In this document: one piece after another, positions 34,825 through 43,451 of the stretch
How positions within the stretch are numbered: the first letter of the stretch is position 1
Layout of the letters: every line of letters begins with the position of its first letter
Sequence record: OP729297.1
Strand: one strand, 5' to 3'
DNA: 64,000 nucleotides
Made by a program: the position numbers and the translations under genes
Notes under the pieces: generated by a model
Told to the model about the DNA's origin: nothing
Database searches by the model: none
The model's input: only the letters and a program-made list of their open reading frames with translations

Positions 34825-35227
34825 TCTGATTTTTCGTTTCAAAATTGGGGAAAGTCCTTGATTTTTCTCGGATTTTCCTCATTTTTAGTCTGAAAAGGGG
34901 CATTTGGTCAAAAAATGTACTACTTTTTTGGAAAAATTTACACGGTTTAGACGACCTAGGGTTTTCCGCTAGATCGCTGCCCAGGGTGCGTAGAGGGTGC
35001 AATCTCGGCTGTTCGGAGCATGGTTTCTTTATTTTCTATGTCTCCGAAACGTGCCGCCTAAAGATGTACCTGTAGTTGTAATGTTCAAGCGTACCACGAG
35101 CGTTGTAGCTAGCCCGCTGTAGCCCATGCCTTCCATGCCTAGCTGTTGTAGCTTCCAGCTGTAGCATTCGGAGTTAAGAGTTGTCTGATTCTGTAAAGAA
35201 ACGATAGAAAAATCAGGTAATCATGAT
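34825..35227. other. candidate replication origin / regulatory intergenic region
   Basis: ~400 nt non-coding; clustered T-tracts; TGTAGC x4 (35104, 35118, 35147, 35160); CCATGCCT x2. Confidence 0.4.
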
Positions 35228-36844
35228 GTGAACATGAAAAAACGAATCGTTTCCGGTCAGGGGCCCGTGCTCGTCACGAATCCCTCGTACCAGGAGAAGG
35301 AAGTCGTTATTTGGGTGCGAGACAACGTTATAAACGCTTGCCCGTACGAGGGGCCTGATGCTGAACAACGTGAGTTCCGTGCTCAATTGAACTTATTCTT
35401 CTGGCACATTCTTCAATGCAGCCTTTATCCTGCACGTAAACACAAAAAGAAGAAGTTTGGACGGGTCTGGGTGCCGTTTCCAAGCTCATTGGGCAAAGAG
35501 AAGCTACCTATGGTGTTCGGTCATCAAAGGGGCGGTGATAATGTAGCTGTAGGGCGATATGCCAAGTCGAAGAAAGGCACGTTTAGTAGATCCCTTGACT
35601 GGTTGATGGCTAACGTGTTTGAAACGAAACCGTACGATAAGAAAAAGGGCCTTAGTCGAGAGTTTAGGATGCGTCCTGAAATCTTAGACGGGATGTACGG
35701 GCATTTTAAGCCGCAGTCTCATTACGATATTTTGTACCGCATTCGATTCTATAGTCCTCTTAAAATCTTGAGAGAGGATTACGGGGTAACGGTGTGGTCG
35801 CAGATTCAGAAAAATTCTAAGCTGCCGTTCAAACGCCCTACGCACGATCTTAGCTCGCTTGATCGAAATCGTGACAGGGGTAACGGTAAGGAACTTAAAG
35901 GCCGTGCTCTTTATCGTAAGGTACTTGACAAGCTGATGCCGAATGAGGTGAACATCGAACCTATCCTCGCTTATTTAGAAGACAGGTCCTTGATTGCTAA
36001 TCACAAGGCGAAGAAGCAGTACCTGCAGGTTAAGACGTTGCTCGATACTATTGTGTCGGGGCCTGTTCAGATCGTTAGCGAGAAACCTCTTGTCATTCGT
36101 TATTGGCCTAAATATAGGCTGTCGCAAATTGGCGGACGACTGTTCGAAGTTGGTGGTGGGTTCCAGAACTTACCGTCAGACCTGAAAGAGCAATGTTACA
36201 CGATTGGCACTAACTGGGATATGAAGTCCAGCCAGTTCAACGTGTTGCGTAAAGAGTTTGGCGCTTACGGAATTGAGTGTGCGATGTTTGATACGGTAAG
36301 CTCCGTTGATGATATCAGTCGCATAATGAAATTGGACAGACGTGCAGCAAAAGTTTGTTTATACGGTACGATCTTCTCGGCAGGCCAACTTGAGACAACG
36401 AAGTACAGCAACGTCTTTAAGGAACTTGCTCGCTTCATGCCTGTCTCGAAAGTGAAAGAGGAGATATTGGATTGGAATACGAGGATGACGCCTCTGTATT
36501 TCGCCATCACTGATCTGCTTGGTGTGTATCGTTCCAAGTTCCGAAAAAATAAAAATGCACGGAGGCCAGAGTACGGCGTTCTCCAGTGTGCAACGGGATC
36601 GAACTATGATCCTGATCCTGACGATACGGACAAGAAGATTAAGAAGCGCGTTCTCAACCACATGCTTTCTGGGTGGGAGAGTTATTTTCTTTTCGATGCG
36701 ATTCTTAACTGCCCTAACGTCAAGGGTGTGTATTCTCTTGAGCACGATGGCGCATTGCTCTGCGTTGAAGGAGACACCGTAACGAGCAACCACGCCGAGT
36801 TTGTACTCAAGAAGTTTTCTGATAAAAAGATATTCTCGGAGTAA
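35228..36844 (+). CDS. family A polymerase-like protein (TV-Pol-like), no exonuclease domain
   Basis: GGRL..FQNLP, WDMKSSQ (motif A), RRAAKVCLY (motif B), LNHMLSGWE, LEHDG (motif C). Confidence 0.65.
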   Translation: MNMKKRIVSGQGPVLVTNPSYQEKEVVIWVRDNVINACPYEGPDAEQREFRAQLNLFFWHILQCSLYPARKHKKKKFGRVWVPFPSSLGKEKLPMVFGHQRGGDNVAVGRYAKSKKGTFSRSLDWLMANVFETKPYDKKKGLSREFRMRPEILDGMYGHFKPQSHYDILYRIRFYSPLKILREDYGVTVWSQIQKNSKLPFKRPTHDLSSLDRNRDRGNGKELKGRALYRKVLDKLMPNEVNIEPILAYLEDRSLIANHKAKKQYLQVKTLLDTIVSGPVQIVSEKPLVIRYWPKYRLSQIGGRLFEVGGGFQNLPSDLKEQCYTIGTNWDMKSSQFNVLRKEFGAYGIECAMFDTVSSVDDISRIMKLDRRAAKVCLYGTIFSAGQLETTKYSNVFKELARFMPVSKVKEEILDWNTRMTPLYFAITDLLGVYRSKFRKNKNARRPEYGVLQCATGSNYDPDPDDTDKKIKKRVLNHMLSGWESYFLFDAILNCPNVKGVYSLEHDGALLCVEGDTVTSNHAEFVLKKFSDKKIFSE

Positions 36845-36847
36845 AGT

Positions 36848-37372
36848 ATGAGTAAGGTACTTACCGAATATGAGGTTGTACGCTACGCAGCAATCTTGGA
36901 AACGATTCTGCAAAACAAGTACGGCACTTGTGCCAAGCTGTTTCAGGCGTACAAAGAAAAGAAGGAAGAGAAGCCAATTCTCATGGTCATGTATGATGCC
37001 CTGGTCTATGAGGAAACTCAAGGTCTGGCTTCACTGGATGACTGGTACTATGCTCACCCTGAATCTCATGCCCAAATCGAGCAGTACCTGAATACCGTTC
37101 ATCGTTTGTTGGGTGATACGGTGCCGAACAAAGATTTTCCTTTGGTGTTCAGCTACAAGTTGTTGCAGAATCATCTGCCTGAAAAGAATCCGATCGTCAA
37201 GCAGGCACGGTTCATGTACGACCGACTCCAACGTCTGTCCAACAAGATTCGCTTTCCTAAGGGATCTAAATCCGACCGTGAGTTTGATCGTATGTTGGCT
37301 AAAGACGGTTTCGCCACGTGGGACGATTACTTCGCCTACGAGCTTGAGCGTCAACTAGGCAAGAGTGATTGA
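36848..37372 (+). CDS. hypothetical protein
   Basis: 174 aa, 3 nt after the upstream stop. Confidence 0.75.
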   Translation: MSKVLTEYEVVRYAAILETILQNKYGTCAKLFQAYKEKKEEKPILMVMYDALVYEETQGLASLDDWYYAHPESHAQIEQYLNTVHRLLGDTVPNKDFPLVFSYKLLQNHLPEKNPIVKQARFMYDRLQRLSNKIRFPKGSKSDREFDRMLAKDGFATWDDYFAYELERQLGKSD

Positions 37373-37411
37373 TACTGTAAACTAACAGCAATCAACATAG
37401 AGGATTAATAT

Positions 37412-37606
37412 ATGACAGCTATCGTCAAACATATCTCCGTACACCCGAAGTTTCGTTATGCCCGTCGCGTAGGTATTTTTGACGAGCTGGACAAACGTGA
37501 GGCCGAAGCCAAACGCAAACAGAATCAGGGACGTCAGTCCTACAAACAGGTAGCGTTTGGCTATCACTACTCGTCCTCTCACCTCTCACCAACTCCTGAG
37601 AAATGA
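37412..37606 (+). CDS. small basic hypothetical protein
   Basis: 64 aa, SD GAGG, CTGTAAACT upstream at 37375. Confidence 0.7.
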   Translation: MTAIVKHISVHPKFRYARRVGIFDELDKREAEAKRKQNQGRQSYKQVAFGYHYSSSHLSPTPEK

Positions 37607-37613
37607 GGTTACA

Positions 37614-38132
37614 ATGAATAATCTCGCACACAGCATTATCGAAAGTCTTGCTGGGAAGTCTTGTTCGGTAGAAGCCCGTGCAGAACCTAATCCATACATG
37701 GGCTTGCTCCAGATGCGCGCCGCACCTTCTATTCTGGTGGACGCGCCTCACTTTTTTGTTAGCCAAACCGACGTCAACGATTTTGAAATTGTTTATTTCG
37801 GACCAGAGGAGTATCACGGTAACGCGTCGGTTGATGCGCACCAGATCTGCTCTCTGTCTGAACTCGGTTGGGCACTCGACGAAATTGATTCACGGCCGAA
37901 GCCTCGCATCGTCATTGCGGAGCTGTTGCACCTGGGTCAAGATCGTCCTGCTGCTCTGCGTATGATTGCAGATGCCTTGACTGATGCCGACATGTGGGAA
38001 GAACAGTTGATCATCTCCGTCGAAGCCTCAGAACACTGGCGCCCAGCAACGTTCGAGCAAACCGAAGGACGTGCCTGTCGCGGTCACACAGCGCAGGTTC
38101 ACGTCAACCATACCGTTGACTCACTCTATTAA
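37614..38132 (+). CDS. hypothetical protein
   Basis: Start moved to MNNLAH after SD GAGG. Confidence 0.75.
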   Translation: MNNLAHSIIESLAGKSCSVEARAEPNPYMGLLQMRAAPSILVDAPHFFVSQTDVNDFEIVYFGPEEYHGNASVDAHQICSLSELGWALDEIDSRPKPRIVIAELLHLGQDRPAALRMIADALTDADMWEEQLIISVEASEHWRPATFEQTEGRACRGHTAQVHVNHTVDSLY

Positions 38133-38143
38133 TAAAGGCCGTT

Positions 38144-39118
38144 ATGAAACATAGTGAAAGAGATTACGTTGTCGTAAGACAGGGTAATAAAAATCATCTT
38201 GTTCTGGCAACCGGCAAAACTGTTGGCATTCTGGCTAATACGCTCGGTTCGCCTGATCCAGAAACAATCAAGTTCAGTCCTAAGGCTGGCGATGTACTTG
38301 CAGTGCTTGGGCCAGACCCTGAGCCTGGTATGTCAGTCTGTGGTGTGACTGTTCGACCATACGCTTCAATGCCTGTCTATGGTGGTCTGCCTCGTCTTGC
38401 TCTTTATGGGCGTGAGGCCGAAGTAGCCAAAGCCTGTCGCATGGCAGTGAAGAAACTTCCTAAGGTCATTGAGAAGTACGGCCTGAACGAAGCCGTTCGT
38501 CGCTGCAAGCAAATCAATTTCGTCCAGCAGTCTGGTTCGAAGACGCACTCGTTCCGTTCTAAGTTCAAGAAGGACGAGTGGCATGACGAGATTACGATCT
38601 TCGTTGACCGCGATTGCGTTAGCGTTGACGTCTACAACAAACTGATCATCGCACTCGGTGAATCGGTGTGGACGCACCTGCTGAGTTCTAAGCGCAAGGT
38701 CAAATGGATGATGCTGTTTAAGAAACTGCGTAACGTCCAGAAGATCACGCAAACTCACCTCGAAGGTCTGCTGGAAGATTTCCAGCGAGCTGGTGATGCG
38801 AAAGACGTGAAGAACGTTGTGTCCGAAGACCTGTTGCCTTTCGTTGACATGATCTTCCGCACGATTGCTCGTCAGAACTCTATCTCGGTCCGTGAGCTGG
38901 AACTGATTGCCTCCAACGACAGTCAGGCAGTTGCAGAACTCTGGCCGGGTGAGATTCAAATCGCTGAGGGTCGACCTGACCTTGATAAAGCGATCATGAA
39001 GAATCCAACAACGTTGTTTGCTAACGTGTTCGCTCGTCATCTCGACGGCATCGACACAGGCAAGACGTTGCGTAAAGCGATTAAGAACTCGCTTAAAGAG
39101 ATTCGTGGCGCTGAGTGA
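38144..39118 (+). CDS. hypothetical protein
   Basis: 324 aa ORF. Confidence 0.8.
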   Translation: MKHSERDYVVVRQGNKNHLVLATGKTVGILANTLGSPDPETIKFSPKAGDVLAVLGPDPEPGMSVCGVTVRPYASMPVYGGLPRLALYGREAEVAKACRMAVKKLPKVIEKYGLNEAVRRCKQINFVQQSGSKTHSFRSKFKKDEWHDEITIFVDRDCVSVDVYNKLIIALGESVWTHLLSSKRKVKWMMLFKKLRNVQKITQTHLEGLLEDFQRAGDAKDVKNVVSEDLLPFVDMIFRTIARQNSISVRELELIASNDSQAVAELWPGEIQIAEGRPDLDKAIMKNPTTLFANVFARHLDGIDTGKTLRKAIKNSLKEIRGAE

Positions 39119-39690
39119 TGCAACGCCTTACGCGTATTAAGGCAGAGCACCTGTTAAGACGTCAAGGGTTACGTCAGGCCCTTGACTACTTTGACCAGAC
39201 AGCTAACTCTCACCCGCTCTACACTCGTGACTTCTCGTTGAACGTGGTACTGACCTCACACGCCATGTTGAACATCGAGCAAGGCCCGCAGTTAGAAATA
39301 AACCTGCTGCTCGCTTCACTCTTTCTCCGTATGCCGACTTCTTCGGACTACGACTTTATGCACACCGTGAGTGCTGCTCGTAAGTTTTTTAAACTGCACC
39401 GCAACATAGGTAATGAGGACCGTGTGATCTCTTACATTCTCGATCAGGAAACAGAAATGAAACCTGTTACCGAGATGGGTAGCGTCCTGCACGACGCGGA
39501 GATCTTAACGTTCCTTATCCAACCACCATCAGCCATAATTGAGTTCGTTCGGCAGAAGACAGGTCAGGACGTTATCAGTTCTCGCCTCTTCCTCGAACGC
39601 ATCGTTGTATCGCAAGTAATGTACACACCTCTCGGGCGTGAGATGCTCCGAGATTTGTCTGCGTCTATCTTGGTTGATTTAAGGGCATAG
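39118..39690 (+). CDS. hypothetical protein (possible degenerate HD-like domain)
   Basis: 190 aa; scattered His residues and LHDAE. Confidence 0.7.
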   Translation: MQRLTRIKAEHLLRRQGLRQALDYFDQTANSHPLYTRDFSLNVVLTSHAMLNIEQGPQLEINLLLASLFLRMPTSSDYDFMHTVSAARKFFKLHRNIGNEDRVISYILDQETEMKPVTEMGSVLHDAEILTFLIQPPSAIIEFVRQKTGQDVISSRLFLERIVVSQVMYTPLGREMLRDLSASILVDLRA

Positions 39691-39692
39691 TT

Positions 39693-40037
39693 ATGGGCGA
39701 CGAGGATTTCGACTTTGAATTTGGTGCGGACGATGATAGTGGTTACTACATCGACCAACCACTCCACATGATCGTGGATGGTGACGAGCGCATCATTGGT
39801 CACCTCGTAGATTCAGGTGACACTGTGTTAATGTATGGAGGCTACTACGTTGTTGATGACGAAGAAAGCGAATTGGAAGCACAGCTTTTCGAAGTCCCAA
39901 TCTTCAAGGTAGATCCTCTCGCCGATATTGCTATCGTTATGAATGCCGATGAAATGCGATTGCGCCACAATGGTGAGTTGCTGACAATGGCATTCATTAA
40001 CGATATTCCTCTGGTAGTTAAAAGCACGAGGCATTAA
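39693..40037 (+). CDS. acidic hypothetical protein
   Basis: 114 aa, coupled. Confidence 0.75.
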   Translation: MGDEDFDFEFGADDDSGYYIDQPLHMIVDGDERIIGHLVDSGDTVLMYGGYYVVDDEESELEAQLFEVPIFKVDPLADIAIVMNADEMRLRHNGELLTMAFINDIPLVVKSTRH

Positions 40038-40624
40038 TGATCAAATATATTTTCTTCGACATGGACGACACGGCATTTGATACGCATAACTTCATGTTGT
40101 GCTATCTGATGAACTTTGGGATCTATCCAGGCAGTGACACGTACATCACGCCAGAGAATGGACATGAGCCTTTCGTCGAAATGTTGGAAGATGGCCGCTT
40201 CATGCTTGAAGCCAACATGCGTGACTACTTCATCCAGACTGTTGCGATGTTGGTGCGTGAAGGTTTCAGCGTAGGCATTTGTACGCATCGTGGTTATCAC
40301 GCTAAAGGTGAGCGCAACACACGCAAGGCACTTGAGAAGCACCTGTCGCTGTTTGATCATATCGAAGTGCTGGACAGTCGTCAACATCCAGATAAGATTG
40401 CCTACCTGAATGAGAAGTTCGGTGAAGGTACTTGGATTCTGGTTGACGACAATCCTGTTACTGCGGTGCGCGACAAGTTCACACGCGTCGGCGATCAACT
40501 GGTACTGCCTAACAATGTGATGCTGTTCACCAAAGGATGGAACACGCACATTGATCATCCTCACCGAATTAGTTCATTCGACAAGAAACATTTCTTGCAA
40601 AATCTTCTCCCGATGTTGGGTTAA
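40037..40624 (+). CDS. HAD-family phosphatase, 5'(3')-nucleotidase-like
   Basis: FFDMDDT (motif I), ICTHR (II), DK (III), LVDDNP (IV). Confidence 0.85.
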   Translation: MIKYIFFDMDDTAFDTHNFMLCYLMNFGIYPGSDTYITPENGHEPFVEMLEDGRFMLEANMRDYFIQTVAMLVREGFSVGICTHRGYHAKGERNTRKALEKHLSLFDHIEVLDSRQHPDKIAYLNEKFGEGTWILVDDNPVTAVRDKFTRVGDQLVLPNNVMLFTKGWNTHIDHPHRISSFDKKHFLQNLLPMLG

Positions 40625-40651
40625 GAATTGTCTGAATATTTCACAATGTTT

Positions 40652-40659
40652 CTAATTTG
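40652..40659 (+). promoter_or_regulatory. class C motif CTAATTTG
   Basis: No ORF follows; structured sequence follows instead. Confidence 0.55.
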
Positions 40660-40664
40660 TAACA

Positions 40665-40753
40665 GTACAAAACAGCGCATACGGAGTGTGTGCTGACTGT
40701 TTAGTTCGGCCTGTTTCTTTTGCCGAATTTGGGGATAGGCCGAACTCTTTTTT
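40665..40753 (+). ncRNA. candidate small RNA (two hairpins plus U-tail)
   Basis: CAGCGCATAC/GTGTGTGCTG stem; 14-bp stem 40704-40717/40732-40745 followed by TCTTTTTT. Confidence 0.5.
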
Positions 40754-40756
40754 GTA

Positions 40757-41003
40757 CAGACTCGGCCCAGAGTCACCCTAGGCCAAATAGCGTAACACCG
40801 CGTTATCGCTAATGGCCGAAAGCGGCTGCTCTAGGCTGCGAACGCTGCTACCTGCCGATAAGTTCGCAAGCCGCAAAGGGCGTAAGACCGCAAGCGCTAC
40901 CGTGTCGGTGCATTCGAAAGACACGGGGAGAAAGCCCTGGCTAGACCGTCATCTGGCGAGGGTGGACTCCAATAGGTTTTTCACGGAGAGCCTATTGGAG
41001 TTT
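40757..41003 (+). ncRNA. candidate structured ncRNA of unknown family
   Basis: At least six nested helices, GNRA-type loops, 16-bp terminal hairpin whose G-U pairs form only on the + strand. Confidence 0.65.
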
Positions 41004-41046
41004 AAGACTTTTCTGACTTTATTCTTGTGTGACTACTCGCAGTAAA

Positions 41047-41055
41047 CTGTAAACA
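41047..41055 (+). promoter_or_regulatory. class B motif CTGTAAACA
   Basis: Upstream of the 65-aa gene. Confidence 0.6.
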
Positions 41056-41095
41056 TAATTCAGAAGAACGAGAAATTTTTAGCACAGGAGAATAG

Positions 41096-41293
41096 ATGCT
41101 TCGTAGACCAAGCTACCGTGTTGTCGCCGACTTGATTCAGGCTGACGGTACATTCACCACTCACACTGTTGAGAGTGGCATAAAAGATTATGACGTTGTG
41201 GAAAAGAAACTTGAGTCCATCAAGCAGAACCCGCCGTCCCACTTTAAGCAATTCTTCCGCGTGGTGCCACGCTGGGAAATGAGCTTTGCCTAA
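41096..41293 (+). CDS. small hypothetical protein
   Basis: 65 aa, SD AGGAG. Confidence 0.75.
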   Translation: MLRRPSYRVVADLIQADGTFTTHTVESGIKDYDVVEKKLESIKQNPPSHFKQFFRVVPRWEMSFA

Positions 41294-41344
41294 TCGTCAG
41301 CGCCCACTGCCGATGTGTTATCATCCCAAACTTTGTAACACCAT

Positions 41345-41380
41345 AAGGACCCTCCATTTTGGATGTGGTCCTTTCTTTTT
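41345..41380 (+). terminator. intrinsic terminator
   Basis: AAGGACC..GGTCCTT followed by TCTTTTT. Confidence 0.7.
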
Positions 41381-41389
41381 GTCTAAAAT

Positions 41390-41398
41390 CTGTAAATA
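41390..41398 (+). promoter_or_regulatory. class B motif CTGTAAATA
   Basis: Upstream of the clamp loader. Confidence 0.65.
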
Positions 41399-41435
41399 TC
41401 AGGTGTAACGCATCAAAACTATAGGGCGAAGTAAA

Positions 41436-42722
41436 ATGGCGAAAGAAGAAAAGAAAAAGAAGAAGTCGCGTTCGTTCGGTGACGATAAGCCATCGAAAAA
41501 GAAAGGCGGTTCTTCCGAGTCTGTAGAGTTGACCACGATTAACTTTGCAGACCAATTCCGACCGAAGAAGATTGAAGACTATGTTGGTCAAGACCACATC
41601 GTTAAGATCATGAAAGGTTGGCAGAAGTCGAAAACGATTCCATCAACGATGATCATTACTGGCCATCTTGGTTCTGGTAAAACAACGTTTGCTCGTCTGG
41701 TGGCGAAGTACATCAACTGTGAATCGTTCTCGGCCTGTGGCAAATGTCGTTCGTGTGAAATGCACGACCGCGGCGCACACCCTGACGAGCAAGAGTTCGA
41801 TATGGGCGGTGAAGCTGGTAAAGTTGACGGCAGCCAGAAGATTGTGGACAGCGCACCATTGAGTCCGATGTTCAAACGTCGTGTGTTCATCTTCGACGAA
41901 TCGCATCTCATGTCCAGCGCAGCCGAATCGAAGTTCCTTAAGATCACCGAGCAGCCACCAGCGCACGTTGTATTCATCTTCGTAACAACGAACCCAGAGA
42001 AGATGAAGAACACGATGATCAGCCGCATGACGCAACTGCCTATCAGGCCGATTCCTACTGACGTGATTCATAAGCGTCTGTTGGAGATCAGTGACCAGCT
42101 TGATATCATGCCGAAGAAAGATAAGGCGCGTGATAAAGCAGACGCAGCATTGCATCAGGTTGCTGAATATGCTGGTGGCCAGATGCGTGGTGCAATCACC
42201 ATGTTGCAGAACATCTACGCTTCGGTGAAAGGTGGTGAGGACTTCGATAAGAACCTCGTTGCCGAACTCGCAGCAGCAGATCCAGAGATCGATATGGAAG
42301 CGAAAGCTGTCCAGATGATCGGTGCGTATCTTGCGATGGACCTGATTGGTGTTATTCAGTTCCTGCGTGAAGCGAACAACCCTCGTGCAATCGTAGCGAA
42401 AGCTCGTTGGATTATTCACGGTGTGTTGGGGCATTATGCCGAAACGAATAAGTGGCAGTCGGCTGGCCTCAAGATGTTCATGAACATGGTCAAGAAAGAC
42501 AACATCAAAGTCAATCTGGTCAGTTTGGTGTATCTGCAATCCGCATTAGCAGAAGCCGAAGTAGCATTCAACTCTACATCGGTGCCAGCAGATATCATGC
42601 TGGAAACTGTGACCACCAGAACCATGTCTGATATCTATAGCGGCAAGCTGGTGGTTGATTTGGGTAACGACGACGAAGACGACGAACCCAAAGAGAAGAA
42701 GAAAAAGAAAAAGAAGAAGTAA
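41436..42722 (+). CDS. dnaX: DNA polymerase III gamma/tau-like clamp-loader subunit
   Basis: FRP..EDYVGQ, GHLGSGKTT, INC..CGKCRSC, DESH, LKITEQPP, AGGQMRGA. Confidence 0.92.
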   Translation: MAKEEKKKKKSRSFGDDKPSKKKGGSSESVELTTINFADQFRPKKIEDYVGQDHIVKIMKGWQKSKTIPSTMIITGHLGSGKTTFARLVAKYINCESFSACGKCRSCEMHDRGAHPDEQEFDMGGEAGKVDGSQKIVDSAPLSPMFKRRVFIFDESHLMSSAAESKFLKITEQPPAHVVFIFVTTNPEKMKNTMISRMTQLPIRPIPTDVIHKRLLEISDQLDIMPKKDKARDKADAALHQVAEYAGGQMRGAITMLQNIYASVKGGEDFDKNLVAELAAADPEIDMEAKAVQMIGAYLAMDLIGVIQFLREANNPRAIVAKARWIIHGVLGHYAETNKWQSAGLKMFMNMVKKDNIKVNLVSLVYLQSALAEAEVAFNSTSVPADIMLETVTTRTMSDIYSGKLVVDLGNDDEDDEPKEKKKKKKKK

Positions 42723-42729
42723 ATAAGTG

Positions 42730-42761
42730 AAAAATGGGTGGCCAAAGTGCTGCCCATTTTT
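42730..42761. terminator. intrinsic terminator
   Basis: AAAAATGGGTGGC..GCTGCCCATTTTT. Confidence 0.8.
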
Positions 42762-42785
42762 ATTTCAGAAATGTCTGACTCAACG

Positions 42786-42793
42786 CTAATTTT
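42786..42793 (+). promoter_or_regulatory. class C motif CTAATTTT
   Basis: Upstream of an MEIFVSLS gene. Confidence 0.6.
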
Positions 42794-42827
42794 AATCCAC
42801 AATTCACAATAGCGCTGGAAGACAATA

Positions 42828-43364
42828 ATGGAAATCTTTGTATCACTCTCGAAGATTACACTTGGGTCTGAGGGCATGGCACAAATTGATAGCCCATGCA
42901 CGACCCCTGACCTGAAGAAGCTCGCATCGCTTATCTTTGGTCTGGCCCGCTTCGATCAAGACACCTTTGGTTCAATCACTACTCGCAAGGGCACACTGTC
43001 TGCCGTGCGTGAAGGCGAAGAAGGTGCTCTCTGGTTGTTAGGCGATAAGCGTCTTAAAGATGCTACTGACTTTGCCCAAATCATGAAGCCGATGCCTATG
43101 TTAGGTCCTAACGGCGTCGGTGATCTGTACATGACGCTCAACGTACCGCAGCGTCCTGCTCAATTCTTGATCTGCCCTAAAGGTGGTCACTCCATTATGT
43201 GGTTCGGTACTGAGAAAGCTCTTATCGACCACTACGCAGAGCGCGATGCCAAGCCATCTGTTAAGATGATGCTGACAGGCAACCGCGGTAATGCGTCCGT
43301 GATTCGTTCGTGGTCTGCCGCTGATATCGAAGACGAGGAAATTCTCGACCTTCAATCAGCATGA
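42828..43364 (+). CDS. protein with MEIFVSLS tag
   Basis: 178 aa. Confidence 0.85.
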   Translation: MEIFVSLSKITLGSEGMAQIDSPCTTPDLKKLASLIFGLARFDQDTFGSITTRKGTLSAVREGEEGALWLLGDKRLKDATDFAQIMKPMPMLGPNGVGDLYMTLNVPQRPAQFLICPKGGHSIMWFGTEKALIDHYAERDAKPSVKMMLTGNRGNASVIRSWSAADIEDEEILDLQSA

Positions 43365-43451
43365 GGAGGTGATCCCAATCTCCTCGCTGACTACTGCGAG
43401 GTAAAATAATCGTAGTAGACTTAACAGTCGGGTGCATAGCGCGCCATCTAC

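Noticed and set aside
34790-35075. 70-aa and 76-aa ORFs inside the origin-like region
   Set aside because: No SD, low-complexity translation of T-tracts, and they overlap on opposite strands.
35071-35165. CRISPR or mini-array interpretation of the TGTAGC repeats
   Set aside because: Repeats are only 6 nt with irregular 7-23 nt gaps; not a repeat-spacer architecture.
36359-37021. 220-aa minus-strand ORF over the Pol-like gene
   Set aside because: Overlaps two better-supported plus-strand genes; no motifs.
40905-40947. Resemblance to the c-di-GMP-I riboswitch (CATTCGAAAGA..GGG..AAAGCC..GG.CTA.ACC)
   Set aside because: The GGCAAACC/P1 elements and P2 pairing are not reproduced, and a competing 7-bp stem explains the region; needs cmscan to exclude formally.
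40660-41010. tRNA, tmRNA, RNase P or SRP identity for the structured region
   Set aside because: No cloverleaf with a T-loop plus CCA end, and none of the conserved signature sequences.
41643-42539. 298-aa minus-strand ORF
   Set aside because: Antisense shadow of dnaX.
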